Shown here: positions 1 through 12,402 of the stretch, one piece after another | How the letters are laid out: every line of letters starts with the position of its first letter | Position numbering within the stretch: position 1 is the stretch's first letter | Assembly: GCF_963921235.1 (NCBI RefSeq) | Contig: NC_086098.1 | Coordinates: forward strand, 5,828,001 to 5,892,000 | DNA from: Mobula hypostoma | Lineage: Eukaryota | Length of the DNA stretch: 64,000 nt | Direction: 5' to 3' | Translations under genes and position numbers: made by a program | The notes under the pieces: model-generated | What the model was told of the DNA's origin: nothing | Databases searched by the model: none | Seen by the model: only the letters and a program-made list of their open reading frames with translations

Positions 1-2310
1 AATTATCTATTCATTAACCAGTCCTCTATACATCCTAATGTATCACCCCCAACTCTATGCATCCTTATCTTATGGATGTCTTTTATATGGCACCTTATCG
101 AACACCTTCTTGAAATCCAAGTAAATAACGTCCATCAGTTCCCCTCTATCCACTGCTCTCATTATATTTTCAAAGAACCAGTAAGTTTGTCAAACAGGAT
201 CTGCCTTTGCTGAATCCATGCTGCTTCTGCCTGATGGATCCATTTCTTTCCAGATGCCTCACTATTTCTTCTTTAATGATAGCTTCAAACATTTTCCGAC
301 CTACACAGGTTAAACTAACTGGCCTATAGTTATCTGTCTTTTGCCTACACCCTTTTTTGAATAGTGGCGTGACGTTCACTGTCTTCCAATCTGGAGGGAC
401 CTGCCCAGAGTCCAGAGAATTTTGGACCAAAATCACCAAAGCCTCTACTATAACTTCTGCCATTTCTTTCAGTAACCTGGGATGCATTCCATCAGGATGA
501 GGGGACTTATTTATCTTCTGGCCCACAAGTTTGCTCTTTAGTTATAGCTATAGCATTGAGGTCCTCAGCTCCCATTGCATCCTTAACATCTCTCTTTAGG
601 TGTCCTCCTCTGTGAAGACCAGCACAAAATAGATTCAGACTACTCAGCCATTTCCTCATTCCTCAGTATCAATTCACCCTCTCGTCCTCCAAGGGACCTA
701 CATTCACTTTGGTCACCCCTTTCTGCTTTATATTATTATAAAAACTTTTACTCTGTTTGTATATCTGGTGCTAGTTTATTTTCACAATCTAGCTTTCCTT
801 TCTTTACTGCCCGCTTAGTGGTACTTCGTTGCTTTTAAAAGTTTTCCCAATCTTCCTGTTTCCCACAACTCTTGGCGACTTTGTATGCGCAAGGTTTTAG
901 TTTGATGCTTTATTTTCTTTCCTTAGTTATCCAAGGCTGGTTCTTCACACCCCTACTGTCCTTGCTTTTAACTGTGAAAAATCTCTTTAAAAGTCTTCCA
1001 CTGTTCCTCAACCATCTCACCATGTTCCGAGCCTGTGTTCCGAGACTACAGTGGCCAAATCCTCCCTCATCCCATTGTAGTCTCCATTGTTCAGATGTAA
1101 TACACTGGTTTTAGATTGAACTATTGCACCTCCATTTGTATGAGAAATTCAATTATACTGTGATCACCCTTTCCAAGAGGATCCCTAACTACAAGATCAC
1201 TAATTTTACCTGTCTTATTGCACAGGACCAGATCTAATATTGCACGCTCCCTTGTAAGTTCAGCAACATGCTGTTACAGAAAGCCATCATGATGTATTCT
1301 ATGAAGACCTCCTCAAGACTGCCTCAACCAACTTTATTCATCCAATCTATGTGCAAGTTGAAGTCCCCCATGAAAACTGCTGTTCCATTCTTACATGCCT
1401 CAGATATTTCTCTGTTTATTGCCTGTGCCTTTGTAATGTTGTTATTCAGTGGATGATAGACAACTCCCATCAATTATTTTTTTTCCCTTTACTATTCCTA
1501 ATTTCTACCCAGATGGATTCAACATTCTGCTCCTTAGATCTTATATCGTCTCTTTTGCCCTGATCTCATCTTTAATTAAGAGTGCTACTCCACCTCCCTT
1601 ACCTTCCTGCCTAACCTTCCGTATTAACTGATATTCTTGGATATTTAATTCCCAATCCTCTCCACCCTGCAACCACATCTCTGTAATGGCTACTAAATCA
1701 TACCTCTTTATACTGATTTGCACCTCAAGTTCACTGACCTTATTTCGAATACTACGAGCATTCAGATAAAGTGCCCTTACACTCATTTTGCTTTTAAAAT
1801 CTTGTAATCTTCTACTCTTTTGCATTTGACATTTCTTCACTCCACTCTTACTTTCCTCTTTGTCTTTTGCTTTTTCTTTATCTTTATCCACACTTTTCTT
1901 TTTCCTAATTTTACTTCTCCAATCTGTTGAACGCCACCCCCCCCCCCACCAACTTGCCGGTTTAAAGCCCTCTCCACAGCCCTAGTTATGTGATTCACTA
2001 GGATACAGCACCCATCCGGTTCAGGAGGAGCCCATCCCATTGATACAGCTCCCTCCTTCCCTAGTACTGGTGCCAATTTCCCATGAAATCAAACCCACTT
2101 CTCCCACACCAATCCTTGAGCTACGCATTTAACTCTCTAATCTTCTTGACCCTATGCCAAGTTGCACGTGGCTCAGGTAGTAATCCAGAGATTACCACCT
2201 GTTTGGTTCTGCTTTTTAATTTAGCCCCTAGCTGCTCAAATTCCCTCAGCAGAACCTCTTTCCTCATTCTGCACATGGACCACGGCAACTGGATCTTTCC
2301 CCTTCCACTG
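1..2310 (-). mobile_element. CR1-clade LINE, decayed (ORF1 C-terminus, APE endonuclease, start of RT)
   Basis: Minus-strand ORFs: 2121-2339 (LKSRTKQVVISGLLP, CR1 ORF1 esterase region), 1541-1891 (LYLNARSIRNK...DLVAITEMWL, APE start) and 170-526 (KSPHPDGMHPRLLKE...NYRPVSLT...QHGF..GRSCLTNL, RT start). Contains stops and frameshifts. Confidence 0.9.
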
Positions 2311-2324
2311 CAAATTCCCCCAAA

Positions 2325-4216
2325 AGATATGTCCCCCAAAAGAAATTGTTCTCAAATGGCAGGGACAGGCAACTGTGGCTGAAAAAAAGAAGTTAAGGAC
2401 GGCATTAAAGAAAGGGGATATAAGGTAGCAAAAGTGAGTGGATAGTTGGATAATTGGGAAGTTTTTAAAATCCAACAAAAAGCAACTAAAAAAGCTACAA
2501 GAAGGAAAAAAGCCAATAATATAAAGCAAAATACTACAAGTTTTTTTCAGTTATATAAAGTTACATAAAATTATATAAAGAGTTATATAAAGTTATAAAG
2601 AGATATTGGACCACCGAAAATTGATGCTGGTTAGGTAGTAATGGAGGACAACAAAATGGCAGATGAACTTAATGGGTACTTTGCATCAGTCTTCACCGGA
2701 GAAGACTTTAGCAGTGTGCAAGAGGTCCGTGAGTGTCAGGGAGCAGGAGTGAGTGCCATTGCTATTACAAAGGAAAACAATCAAGGCAAATTGAAAGGTC
2801 TTAAGATGAGTAAGTCACCTGGACCAGATAGACGACATTCCAGAGTCCTGAGAGAGTTTGCTGAAGAGATAATGAATGCATTGGTCATAATCTTTCAAGA
2901 ATCACTTGATTCTGTCATGGTCCTGGAGGACAGGAAGATTGCAAATCTCACTCCACTCTTTAAGAAGGAAGAAAGGCAAAAGAAAGGAAATTAATTTTGG
3001 TTGGGAAAGTGTTGGAGTCTACTATTAAGGGTGAGGTTTCAGGGTACTTGGACACTAATGATAAATTAAGTCAGAGTCAGCATGGTTTCTGTAAACGGAA
3101 ATCTTGCATGACAAATCTGTTAGAGTTCTTCGAGGAACTAACAAGCAGGGTGGAAAAAGGAGAGGCAGTGGATGTCATTTACTTGGATTCTCAGAAGGCA
3201 TTTGATAAGGTGCCACACATGAGGCTACTAAGCAAAATAAATTCCTATGGCGTTACAGGAAAGGTACTGGCATGGATAGAGGGATGGCTGACAGGCAGGA
3301 GACAGTGAGTGGGAATAAAGGGGCCCTTTTCTGGTTGGCTGCCAGTGACTAGTGGTGTTCCTCAGGGGTCAGTTTTGGGACCACTACTTTTTACATTGTT
3401 TGTCAATATTTGGATAATGGAATTAATGGCTTTATGGCAAAATTTGCGGATGATACGAAGATAGGTGGAGGGGTAGGTTGTGCTAAGGAAGCAATGTGAT
3501 TGCAGAAGGATTAGACAAATTGGAAGAACGGGCAAAAAAGTGGCAGATGGAATGCGGATTTGGGAAATGTATGATAATGCATTTTGGTAAAAGGAACAAT
3601 AGTGCTGACTATTATCTAAATGGGGAGAAGGTTTAAACATCAGAGGTGTAGAAGAACTTAGGAGTCCTCGTGCAAGACTCCCAGAAGTTTAATTTACAGG
3701 TTGAGTCAGTGGTTAAGAAGTGAAATGTAATGTCAGCATTCATTTCAAGTGGAATAGAATATAAAAGCAAGGAGATAACGCTGAGGCTTTATAAGACACT
3801 AGTCAGGCCGCACTTGAAGTATTGTCAACAGTTTTGGGCCGTATATCTCAGAAAGATTGTACTGTCATTGGAAAGAGTCCAAAGAAAGTTCATGAGGGTG
3901 ATTCCGGGAACGAACGGGTTAACATACGAGTAGAGTTTGGCAGCTTTGTGCCTGTACTCACTGGAATTTAGAAGAATGAATGGGGATCTCATTGAAACCT
4001 ACTGAATGTTGACAGGACTAGGTAGGGTGGATGTGGAGAGGATGCTTCCTATGGTGGGGGTATCCAAAACTGCAGGGCACAGCATCAGAATTGAGGGGTG
4101 ACCTTTTGGAACAGAGGCAAAAAGGAGTTTTGTTAGCCAGAGAGTAGTGAATCTCTGGAATGCTTTGCTACAGACCGCAGTGGAGGCCAAGCCTGTGTGT
4201 ATATTTAAAGTGGGAG
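2325..4216 (+). mobile_element. CR1 LINE ORF2 fragment, 5' part (interrupted by the Gypsy element)
   Basis: ORFs 2641-2994, 2997-3308 (DVIYLDSQKAFDKVPH) and 3730-3933 (LYKTLVRPHLKYC). The CR1 3' sequence resumes at 8592. Confidence 0.9.
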
Positions 4217-4499
4217 TGTGGCGACCCACTTTCTAGCACACACGAACCAGCTCATGACAGCGTGCGCAGGCAGAGGGCCGGCAGCAAAAAGGGCGCCAGG
4301 CCATCTTCACCAGCAGGGGGAAAATCCCGCGCGGAAAGGGTCTGGGAATATGCATTCCCCACAGTAGTCCCGCCCAGGGAGGGCGGGAACGGGAAGGCTT
4401 TAAAGCGGGCCGCGAAGTTTGAATAAACCTCTTTCATCGCAACTCTAACTCACCGACTCCGTGTGGTTATTCTAGCGCTGTGTGTAGCACACTGCTACA
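4217..4499 (+). repeat. 5' LTR (283 bp)
   Basis: TGTGGCGACC...GCTACA. Direct repeat of 8304-8587, with about 14 substitutions and 1 indel by manual comparison. Contains AATAAA. Confidence 0.96.
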
Positions 4500-4501
4500 T
4501 T

Positions 4502-4514
4502 TGGTGACCCCGAC
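4502..4514 (+). promoter_or_regulatory. Primer-binding site, tRNA-Trp type
   Basis: TGGTGACCCCGAC lies 2 nt after the LTR and matches the first 13 nt of the tRNA-Trp PBS known from ASLV (TGGTGACCCCGACGTGAT). Confidence 0.85.
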
Positions 4515-4539
4515 AGCCCAAACGATAATTAGGCCAGAG

Positions 4540-5241
4540 ATGACCGACGCCGCATCTGTTCACGCAGTTTCGTTAAAACTGCCAAGCATCTGGATGCTGC
4601 GACCCCAGTTATGGTTCAAACAAGCAGAAGCACAATTCCACATTCGGCAGATAACCTCGGAGTCCACTCGCTACTACTACGTGCTGAGCTCCCTCGACCA
4701 GGAGACTGCTGCACAAGTTGAGTTTATACAGTCGCCCCCGGAGAACGGCAAATACACAGCATTCAAAGCCCTGCTCATAAGGACTTTCGGACTCTCACGG
4801 CGCGAACGAGCACGCCTGTTAATACACCTGGATGGTTTGGGAGACAGGCCGCCGTCAGCATTAATGAACGAGATGCTGGCCCTGGCTGAAGGACACAAAC
4901 CCTGCCTCATGTTTGAGCAGGCGTTCCTAGAGCAACTGCCCGAGGACATATGCCTGCTGCTGTCCGACGCAGATTTCAGCAAACCCCGGGAGGTGGCGGC
5001 CCGAGCAGATGTGCTGTGGAATGCCAGGAAAGAGAGAGGGGCATCCGTCGCACAGATCACCAAGCCGCGTGCCCAACGACAGACCGGACCAGACCCGGCA
5101 GCAGAGCCTACAAAACCCAGCGACGGGAGTGAGGAGCCCAACGAACAATGGTGTTTCTACCACCAGCGGTGGGGCACGGAGGCCCGCCGCTGCAGACCGC
5201 CCTGCAAATTCCCGGGAAACGCCAGGGCCAGCCGCCGCTGA
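4540..5241 (+). CDS. gag: Gypsy gag-like protein
   Basis: Open frame from ATG 4540 ([15 protein letters not shown]...WFKQAEAQF...). C-terminal [18 protein letters not shown] motif is typical of this Gypsy group. Confidence 0.85.
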   Translation: MTDAASVHAVSLKLPSIWMLRPQLWFKQAEAQFHIRQITSESTRYYYVLSSLDQETAAQVEFIQSPPENGKYTAFKALLIRTFGLSRRERARLLIHLDGLGDRPPSALMNEMLALAEGHKPCLMFEQAFLEQLPEDICLLLSDADFSKPREVAARADVLWNARKERGASVAQITKPRAQRQTGPDPAAEPTKPSDGSEEPNEQWCFYHQRWGTEARRCRPPCKFPGNARASRR

Positions 5242-8200
5242 TGGCTACGGTGCTGGCCATCAGGACAGCCTCCTGTACGTCTGGGACAAGCAGTCGGGAC
5301 GCCGCTTTTTGGTTGACACCGGAGCGGAGATCAGCGTCTTACCTCCAACGAGTTACGACACCCGCAACAGAGAACCGGGACCCACCCTGAGGGCCGCTAA
5401 TGGCAGCACAATACGAACCTACGGTACCCGCACGGTGCGGCTACAGTTCAGCTCCAGCCGGTTCACGTGGGACTTCACACTGGCCGCCGTGGCCCAACCA
5501 CTCCTGGGGGCGGATTTTCTGCGAGCCCACAGCCTGCTGGTCGACCTACAAGGGAAGCGACTAGTCCACGCCAAGACTTTTCAAACGTTCTCCCTGGGTG
5601 AAGCACAGTTGCCAGCCCCACACCTGGACTCCATCACGCTGTCCGACGATGAATTCACCAGGGTCCTGGCGGATTTCCCATCAGTACTGACACCGCAGTT
5701 CACGGCAGCCATGCCCAGACACGGAGTACAGCACCACATCCCGACCCAGGGACCACCCCTCCACGCCCGTGCTCGAAGGCTTCCCCCGGACAAGCTCCGA
5801 CTGGCGAAGGAGGAGTTCAAGAAGATGGAGGAATTAGGGATCATACGACAGTCTGACAGCCCATGGGCCTCCCCCTTTCACATGGTGCCCAAGGCAACGG
5901 GGGGCTGGAGACCATGCGGTGACTACCGCAGACTGAACGAGGCTACAACGCCAGACCGCTACCCTGTGCCGCACATTCAAGACTTCGCAGCAAACCTACA
6001 CGGCGCAAGGATCTTTTCCAAGGTAGACCTCGTCCGGGGATACCGTCAAATCCCTGTACATCCGGACGACATCCCCAAAACAGCACTTATCACCCCGTTC
6101 GGACTTTTCGAATTCCTCTGAATGCCGTTTGGTCTAAAGAATGCCGCACAGACTTTCCGGCGGCTAATGGACGCTGTGGGACGCGACCTGGACTTTGCAT
6201 TCATCTATTTGGACGACATCCTCATAGCCAGCAGTAGTTGGCAGGAGCATCTGTCCCACCTCCGCCAGCTCTACTCCCGCCTGAGCGAATTCGGCCTTAC
6301 AATCAATCCAGCCAAATGCCAGTTCGGACTCGACACCATCGACTTCCTGGGCCACAGGATTACTAAAGACGGGGCAACCCCGCTGCCCGCCAAGGTAGAC
6401 GTAGTTCGCAACTTCCCCCGACCCAACACAATCAAAGGCCTGCAGGAATTCGTGGGTATGGTGAATTTCTACCACCGTTTCCTCCCCTCAGTAGCCCGAA
6501 CCATGCGTCCCCTGTTCACTGTAATGTCGGGTAAGGGCAAGGACATTACCTGGAACGAAGAGGCCGCAACCGCTTTCGTTAAAACCAAAGAAGCCTTGGC
6601 AAACGCCGCGATGCTAGTGCACCCCAGAACGGACGTTCCTACTGCCCTCACGGTGGACGCATCTAACACAGCAGTCGGTGGAGTGCTGGAACAACTCATC
6701 GAGGGTCGCTGGCAACCCCTGGCGTTCTTCAGCAAACACCTACGACCACCTGAACTCAAATACAGTTCTTTCGACCGGGAGCTATTGGCACTATACCTGG
6801 CAATCCGGCATTTCAGGTATTTAGAAGGTAGGCCCTTCACCGCGTTCACAGACCACAAACCGCTTACCTTTGCGTTCATGAAGGTGTCCGACCCCTGGTC
6901 GTCCCGCCAGCAGCGACATCTGTCCTACATCTCCGAGTACACGACGGACATCCGGCATGTCTCTGGAAAGAACAATGTCGTGGCGGACGCACTTTCCAGA
7001 CCTACCATACAGGCCCTGTCCCGGGGGTGTACTATGCAGCGCTGGCAGAGGCACAGCAGGCAGACGCTGAGATCCCCAGTTACAGGACTGCAGTCTCCGG
7101 TTTGCAGCTCCAAGACCTCCCCATAGGCCCAGGTGAGAGGACCCTACTATGTGACGTAGCTACTGGCCAACCCCGCCCCATCGTCCCAGCAGCCTGGCGC
7201 CGGCGGGTGTTCGAATCCATTCACAACTTAGCGCACCCCTCCATCAGGACAACTGTCCGGCTGGTCTCCAACAGGTTCGTGTGGCATGGACTTCGTAAAC
7301 AGGTCAGTGAATGGGCCAAAACGTGCATGCAGTGCCAAACGGCCAAGGTGCAGCGGCACACCAAGGCTCCACCGCAGCAGTTCGAACCCACCCGCCGGAG
7401 GTTCGACCACATTCATGTGGATATCGTGGGGCCCCTGCCAGTGTCACGAGGAGCGCGGTACCTCCTAACTATGATAGACCGGTTCACCAGATGGCCAGAG
7501 GCAGTCCCGCTCAGCGACACCACCTCCGAATCCTGCGCCCGAGCACTGATCGCAACCTGGGTAGCACGCTTCGGGGTACCGGCCCACATTAACTCCGACA
7601 GGGGAGCCCAGTTCACCTCCAGCCTGTGGTCGGTTATGGCCAGACTTTTAGGAACACAGCTACACCACACAACTGCCTACCACCCACAGTCGAACGGACT
7701 AGTGGAGCGCTTCCACCGTCACCTGAAATCGGCTCTCATGGCCCACCTGGAGGGGCCTAACTGGGTGGACGAACTTCCCTGGGTCCTGCTCGAAATCCGC
7801 ACGGCGCCCAAAGAGGATCTACACACCTCATCGGCCAAGTTGGTGTACGGCGCGCCCCTGGTCGTCCCAGGAGAGTTCATACCAGCCCCAAGGGGGCAAG
7901 AGGATGAACCCACAGCAGTCCTGGACAGACTACGGGAGAGGCTCGGTAACCTGGCCCCCATACCCACTTCACAGCACGGACAGAGCCCGACCTGCGTACC
8001 CAAAGACCTGCAGAACTGTAAGTTTCTTTTTGTACGACGGGGCGGACACCGGGCACCGCTACAGCGGCCCTACGAGGGGCCGTTTAAGGTGATCAGGAAC
8101 AACGGGTCCACGTTCATGCTGGACATTGGGGGGAGAGAGGAGGTTTTCACGGTGGACCGACTCAAACCAGCCCATGTGGACTTGGCGCAACCGGTCCAGG

Positions 8201-8300
8201 CTCAGGCACCGCGGCGCAGGGGCAGACCTCGCAAACAGAGGCCGATCCAGACTGTGGACATTGGGGGAGGTATCGCCGGTTCTGGGCGGGGGGGGGGGGA
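5214..8300 (+). pseudogene. pol: Gypsy pol (protease, RT, RNase H, integrase), disrupted
   Basis: Protease [16 protein letters not shown] (6206-6217), RNase H TVDAS...DRELLA...TDHKPL, integrase HHCC (HNLAH...CMQC), DDE core (DIVG/SDRG/VERF) and GPF motif. In-frame TGA at 6119-6121. Frameshifts near 5250 and 7020. Confidence 0.95.
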
Positions 8301-8301
8301 A
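8288..8301 (+). promoter_or_regulatory. Polypurine tract
   Basis: G-run followed by AA, immediately upstream of the 3' LTR. Confidence 0.85.
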
Positions 8302-8303
8302 TA

Positions 8304-8587
8304 TGTGGTGACCCACTTTCTAGCACCCACGAACCGGCTCACAACGGCGCGCGCAGGCAGAGGGCCGGCAGCAAAAAGGGCGCCAGGCCATCTTCACCAG
8401 CAGGGGGAAAATCCCGCGCGGAAAGGGTCTGGGAATATGCATTCCCCACAGCAGTCCCGCCCCAGGGAGGGCGGGAACGGGAAGGCTTTAAAGCGGGCCG
8501 CGAAGTTTAAATAAATCTCTTTCATCGCAACTCTAACTCACCGACTCCATGTGGTTATTCTAGCACTGTGTGTAGCACATCGCTACA
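8304..8587 (+). repeat. 3' LTR (284 bp)
   Basis: TGTGGTGACC...CGCTACA, followed by TSD GGAG. Confidence 0.96.
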
Positions 8588-8591
8588 GGAG

Positions 8592-8726
8592 TTGATAATT
8601 CCCTGATCGGTCAGGGCATCAAAGGCTATGGGGAGAAGGCAGGTGTATATAGGGTTGAGTGGGTTTCGGGATCAGCCATGATGCAGACTCAATCGGCTAA
8701 ATGGCCCAATTCTGCTTATGGTCTTA
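8592..8726 (+). mobile_element. CR1 3' end (continuation of 2325-4216)
   Basis: ttgataattccctgatcggtcagggcatcaaaggctatggggagaaggcagg...atggtctt matches the 3' ends of other CR1 copies in the window. Confidence 0.85.
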
Positions 8727-9559
8727 TTCACATCAATGACCAACCTAGTCCACGGATGTGCTGGAAGCAACAAGTGTTGGTATGCTTCTGAACATAACAT
8801 GCCCACAGCTCACTAACCCTAAACTTAGCAGTACACCTTTGGAATGTGGCAGGAGACTGGAGCACGCAAATGAAGCTACACTGTCACAGGGTGAGAGCAC
8901 AAAATCCTTACGTAGACAGCTCACGCTCTAGAACGATTGCGCTAAGTGCTACGCTACCGTGTCACCAGCGTCACTTTGACCATTGTTCTGAAATGGTCCT
9001 TCTTCTTGTTCCATTCATGCTTCTTTTAGTAAAAATTCTGTTGATGTTTTTCTAGTGAATGCTGCTTATCTGATGCTGTATGCCTGTGATGCTACTGCAG
9101 GTAAGTTATCCATGACACCTGTACACACCTGGACTTGTGCACATGACAATAAACTTGACTTTGACCTTGCAGTAGCAGGATTCTTGGGGACTGCACTGCA
9201 GGGGTTCTTCATTAACCCTGTTGTGTGCTGCTATGCTCCATGTTTCATCAAGGTAGTTCTTTACCCTTTTTTCACATTGTTATTATTTGTTAGGTGATGT
9301 GAACTACACAAAGAATGCTATGCAGGAGAGTTATTAACATGGAAAGCCTCTGCACTGGGGAAGTACCATTCTCTTGACCTCAGAGGTCTGGATGAAGGAG
9401 TGTGAGTAGTCATTATAAATGGGCCTCCGTTGGTTTTAGCAAATGACAGTGACTTCTCCTCCTCTCTCCTTGACGTGCTGCAGAACCGCCTTCCTAGCCA
9501 TTGATGCCCAGTCTGCCAGAACTGGTTTTGCACGCTAGGACAGGCATGTCAATATCTAA

Positions 9560-10190
9560 CCAGAGGCTGCACAGGGTTGTAAACTCAGCCAGCTCCACCA
9601 CGGGGAAAACCCTCCCCTCCATGGAGGGCATCTTCCTGAGGCGTGCCTCGAAAAGGCAACATCCATCATAAAGAACCTTCACCAACAGGGACAAGCCCTC
9701 TCCTCATTACTACCCATCAGAGAGGACACACTGAAGCCCCAAGACCCACATGCAATGATTCAGGAACGACTTCGTTTCTGCCATCAGATTTCTAAACAGT
9801 CCATGAACCCATGAACACTACCTCATTATTCTTTCTTATTTTGCACGATTTATTTATTTTGTAATTGTTATATTTTGTAACTTCAAAACTTTAAACTAAT
9901 TTAAAGAAAGACATGGGAGTTCAAACATATGGGTGTAACTTTGAGTTTACGTTAAGTGAGGAGAGTACATATCATGTGGTAACGTGATGACGTACGCAAT
10001 TGATGCAATTGAGCCCATAATTATTTAAACAAACAAGAAAGCTGTATGTTGTTCAGCTTACTCAAATATTATTGAAATATTAAATACACAGCATAATTAA
10101 TAATGATTCCATGTCTTTGCACTGTCCTGCTACCACAGAATAACAAATTTCACCTCATGCGACAGAGGATCATGAATCTCATTCCAATTC
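9560..10190 (+). mobile_element. Rex1/Babar-like LINE 3' fragment (interrupted by a solo LTR)
   Basis: Resembles the RT C-terminus encoded at 46491-46766 (RKVASIIKDPNHPGHALFSLLPSGRR) plus its 3' UTR. Confidence 0.6.
9866..10093. mobile_element. Probable solo LTR
   Basis: TGTTATATTT...AATACACAGCA ends form an imperfect inverted pair. Flanked by TAAT at 9862-9865 and 10094-10097. Interrupts a LINE 3' UTR. Confidence 0.5.
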
Positions 10191-11074
10191 TCTGTCTGGG
10201 ATTAGCAGTCTCTGCTGACATCACTTCTTGTCATAATTTCACTCAACCTCACTCTGAGCCTGTCTGCCTCATGATCACTCACACGTGTCCTTCTGCGCAA
10301 AACATCACACAAATAAGATGCGCGGATTGAGTGGATAACCAGAGACCTTTCCCCAGGGTGGAAATGGCTAACATGAGGGGGCATGATGTTAAGGTAGGAG
10401 GAAAGTAGAGGGCAAATGTCAGGAAATTTCTTTACACAGAGAGTGGTGGATGTGTGGAACATCCTGCCAGGTGCAGTGTGGAAGCAGATGCTTTCAGGAC
10501 ATATAAGAGACTCTCAGACAGGCACAGGGATGATAGAAACATGCGGGGCTATGTGGGAGGGAGTTGTTAGATTGATTTTAGAGTAGGTTAAAAGATCAGC
10601 ACAACATTGTGGGTTGAAGGGCCTGTACTGTGTTGTGATGTACGAAGTTCAATGATCTAATAAAATGAATGTGGTGAAAACCTCCAGCCTGCATTACTAG
10701 GAGTTTGGATCAAGATTGTGTTCAACTGAAATCAACAAGGGACGTAAATACAATGTGACAGTAAGGCATTGGTAATGTCAGCTTAAGCAGCTGTAAGGCT
10801 GTTTAGCAAAAAGGCAATGTTATCAGTCAGCACTAATATAGAGGAAATATAACCATGAAATCAAGACAGACAGATAGAATATAAAACAATACAGCACAGT
10901 ATGGGCCATTCAGCCCACAATGCTGTGCTGACCTACATAAATCTACTGCATAATCAATCTAATCCTTCCTTCCTACACAGCTCCAAACTATCCACTTATT
11001 ACAGCCACATGCCAATCTAAAAGTTTTTAAAATCTCTGTGCTGTATCTGCCTTTTGACATTACAATTGAGGAGT

Positions 11075-12402
11075 CCCCTCTTCAAGAAGGGAGAGAGGCA
11101 GAAGAAAGGAAATTATAGGCCAGATAGTCTGGTTGGAAGATGTTGGAGTCGATTGTTAAGGATGTGGTTTTGGGGTACTTGGAGATATGATAAAAATAGG
11201 CTGTAGTCAGCATGGTTTCCTTAAGAGACAATCTTGCCAGACCAATATGTTGGAGTTCTTTGAAGAAACAACAAGTAAGATAGACAAACGAGAATCGATT
11301 GATGTTGTGTACTTGGAGTTTCAGAGGGTCTTTGACAAGGTGCCGCAAATGAGACTGCTTAACAAGCTACGAGCTTATGGTATTACAGAAAAGATTCTAG
11401 CCTGGATAAAGCAGTGGCTGATTGATAGGAGACAAAAAGTGGGAACAAAGGAAGACTTTCCTGGTTGGCTGCCGATGACTCATAGTGTTCCACAGGGGTG
11501 TGTGTTGGGACTGATTCTTTTTATGTAAATAACTTTGATAACAGATTTAATGGCTTTGTAGCCAAGTTTGCAGATGATATGAAGATAGGTGGAAGGGCAA
11601 GGGGCTTTGAGGAAGTAGAAAGGCTACAGAAGGACTTAGACCGATTAGGAGAATGGGCAAAGAAGTGGCAGATGGAATACAGTGTTGGGAAGAGTATGGA
11701 CATGCACTCTGTTAGAAGAAATGAAAGGGTTGACTTTCTAAATGGAGAGAAAATACAAACAACTGAGGTGCAAAGGGACTTGGGAGTCCTTGTGCAGGAT
11801 TTATTAAAGGTTAATTTGCAGATTGAGTCTGCGGTGAAGAAGGCAAATGTGATAAAGCACTGGTGAGGCTTCACTTTCAGTATTGTGAGCAGTTTTAGGC
11901 TCCTTATCTAAGAAAAGGTGTGCTGACATGGAGAGGGTTCATAGGAAGTTCACAATAATAATTCCAGTATTGAAATGATGAGAAGCATTTGATGGCTCTG
12001 GCTCTGTACTCACTGAAATTCAGGAAAATGACAAGTGACCTCATTTGAACTTATCAGCTGTTGAAAGGCCTTGATCGACTGGATGTGGAGAGGACATTTC
12101 CTATTGTGGGGGAGCCTAAGATCAGAGGACACAGCCTCAGAATAGAGGAACGGAAGTGGGGAGGAATTTTTTTAGCCAGAGTGTAATGAATCTGTGGAAT
12201 TTGTTGCCACAGGCAGCTGTGGAGGTCACATCTTTTCACACATTTAAGGCAGAGGTTGATAGATTGGTTAGGGCATGAAGGAATACAGGCAGAAAGCTGG
12301 AGATTGACACTGAGAGGAAAATTGAATTAGCCATGATGAAATGGCAGAGCAGACTTGATGGGCCAAATAGCCTAATTCTACTCCTATATCTTATGGTCTT
12401 AT
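11075..12402 (+). mobile_element. CR1 LINE RT and 3' end fragment
   Basis: ORFs 11187-11528 and 11498-11866 (VAKFADDMKIGG). Ends in a (tcttatgg)-type tail. Confidence 0.88.

Larger units (their letters stand above)
4217..8587 (+). mobile_element. Full-length Gypsy/Ty3 LTR retrotransposon (inactivated)
   Basis: Two TG...CA LTRs. 4-bp TSD GGAG at 4213-4216 and 8588-8591. PBS and PPT present. Domain order is gag-PR-RT-RH-IN. Confidence 0.97.

Noticed and set aside
2551..2600. TTATATAAAG tandem repeat
   Set aside because: It is a local slippage duplication within a decayed CR1.
4677..8316. Long antisense and alternative-frame ORFs in the Gypsy body
   Set aside because: These are expected shadows of GC-rich coding sequence and show no recognisable domains.
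7027..8514. The 495-aa ORF as a domesticated integrase gene
   Set aside because: It is the frameshifted end of pol inside an LTR-bounded element and runs through the PPT into the LTR.
9294..9340. Possible terminal exon after TTTGTTAG
   Set aside because: All frames stop within 15 codons and there is no recognisable homology.
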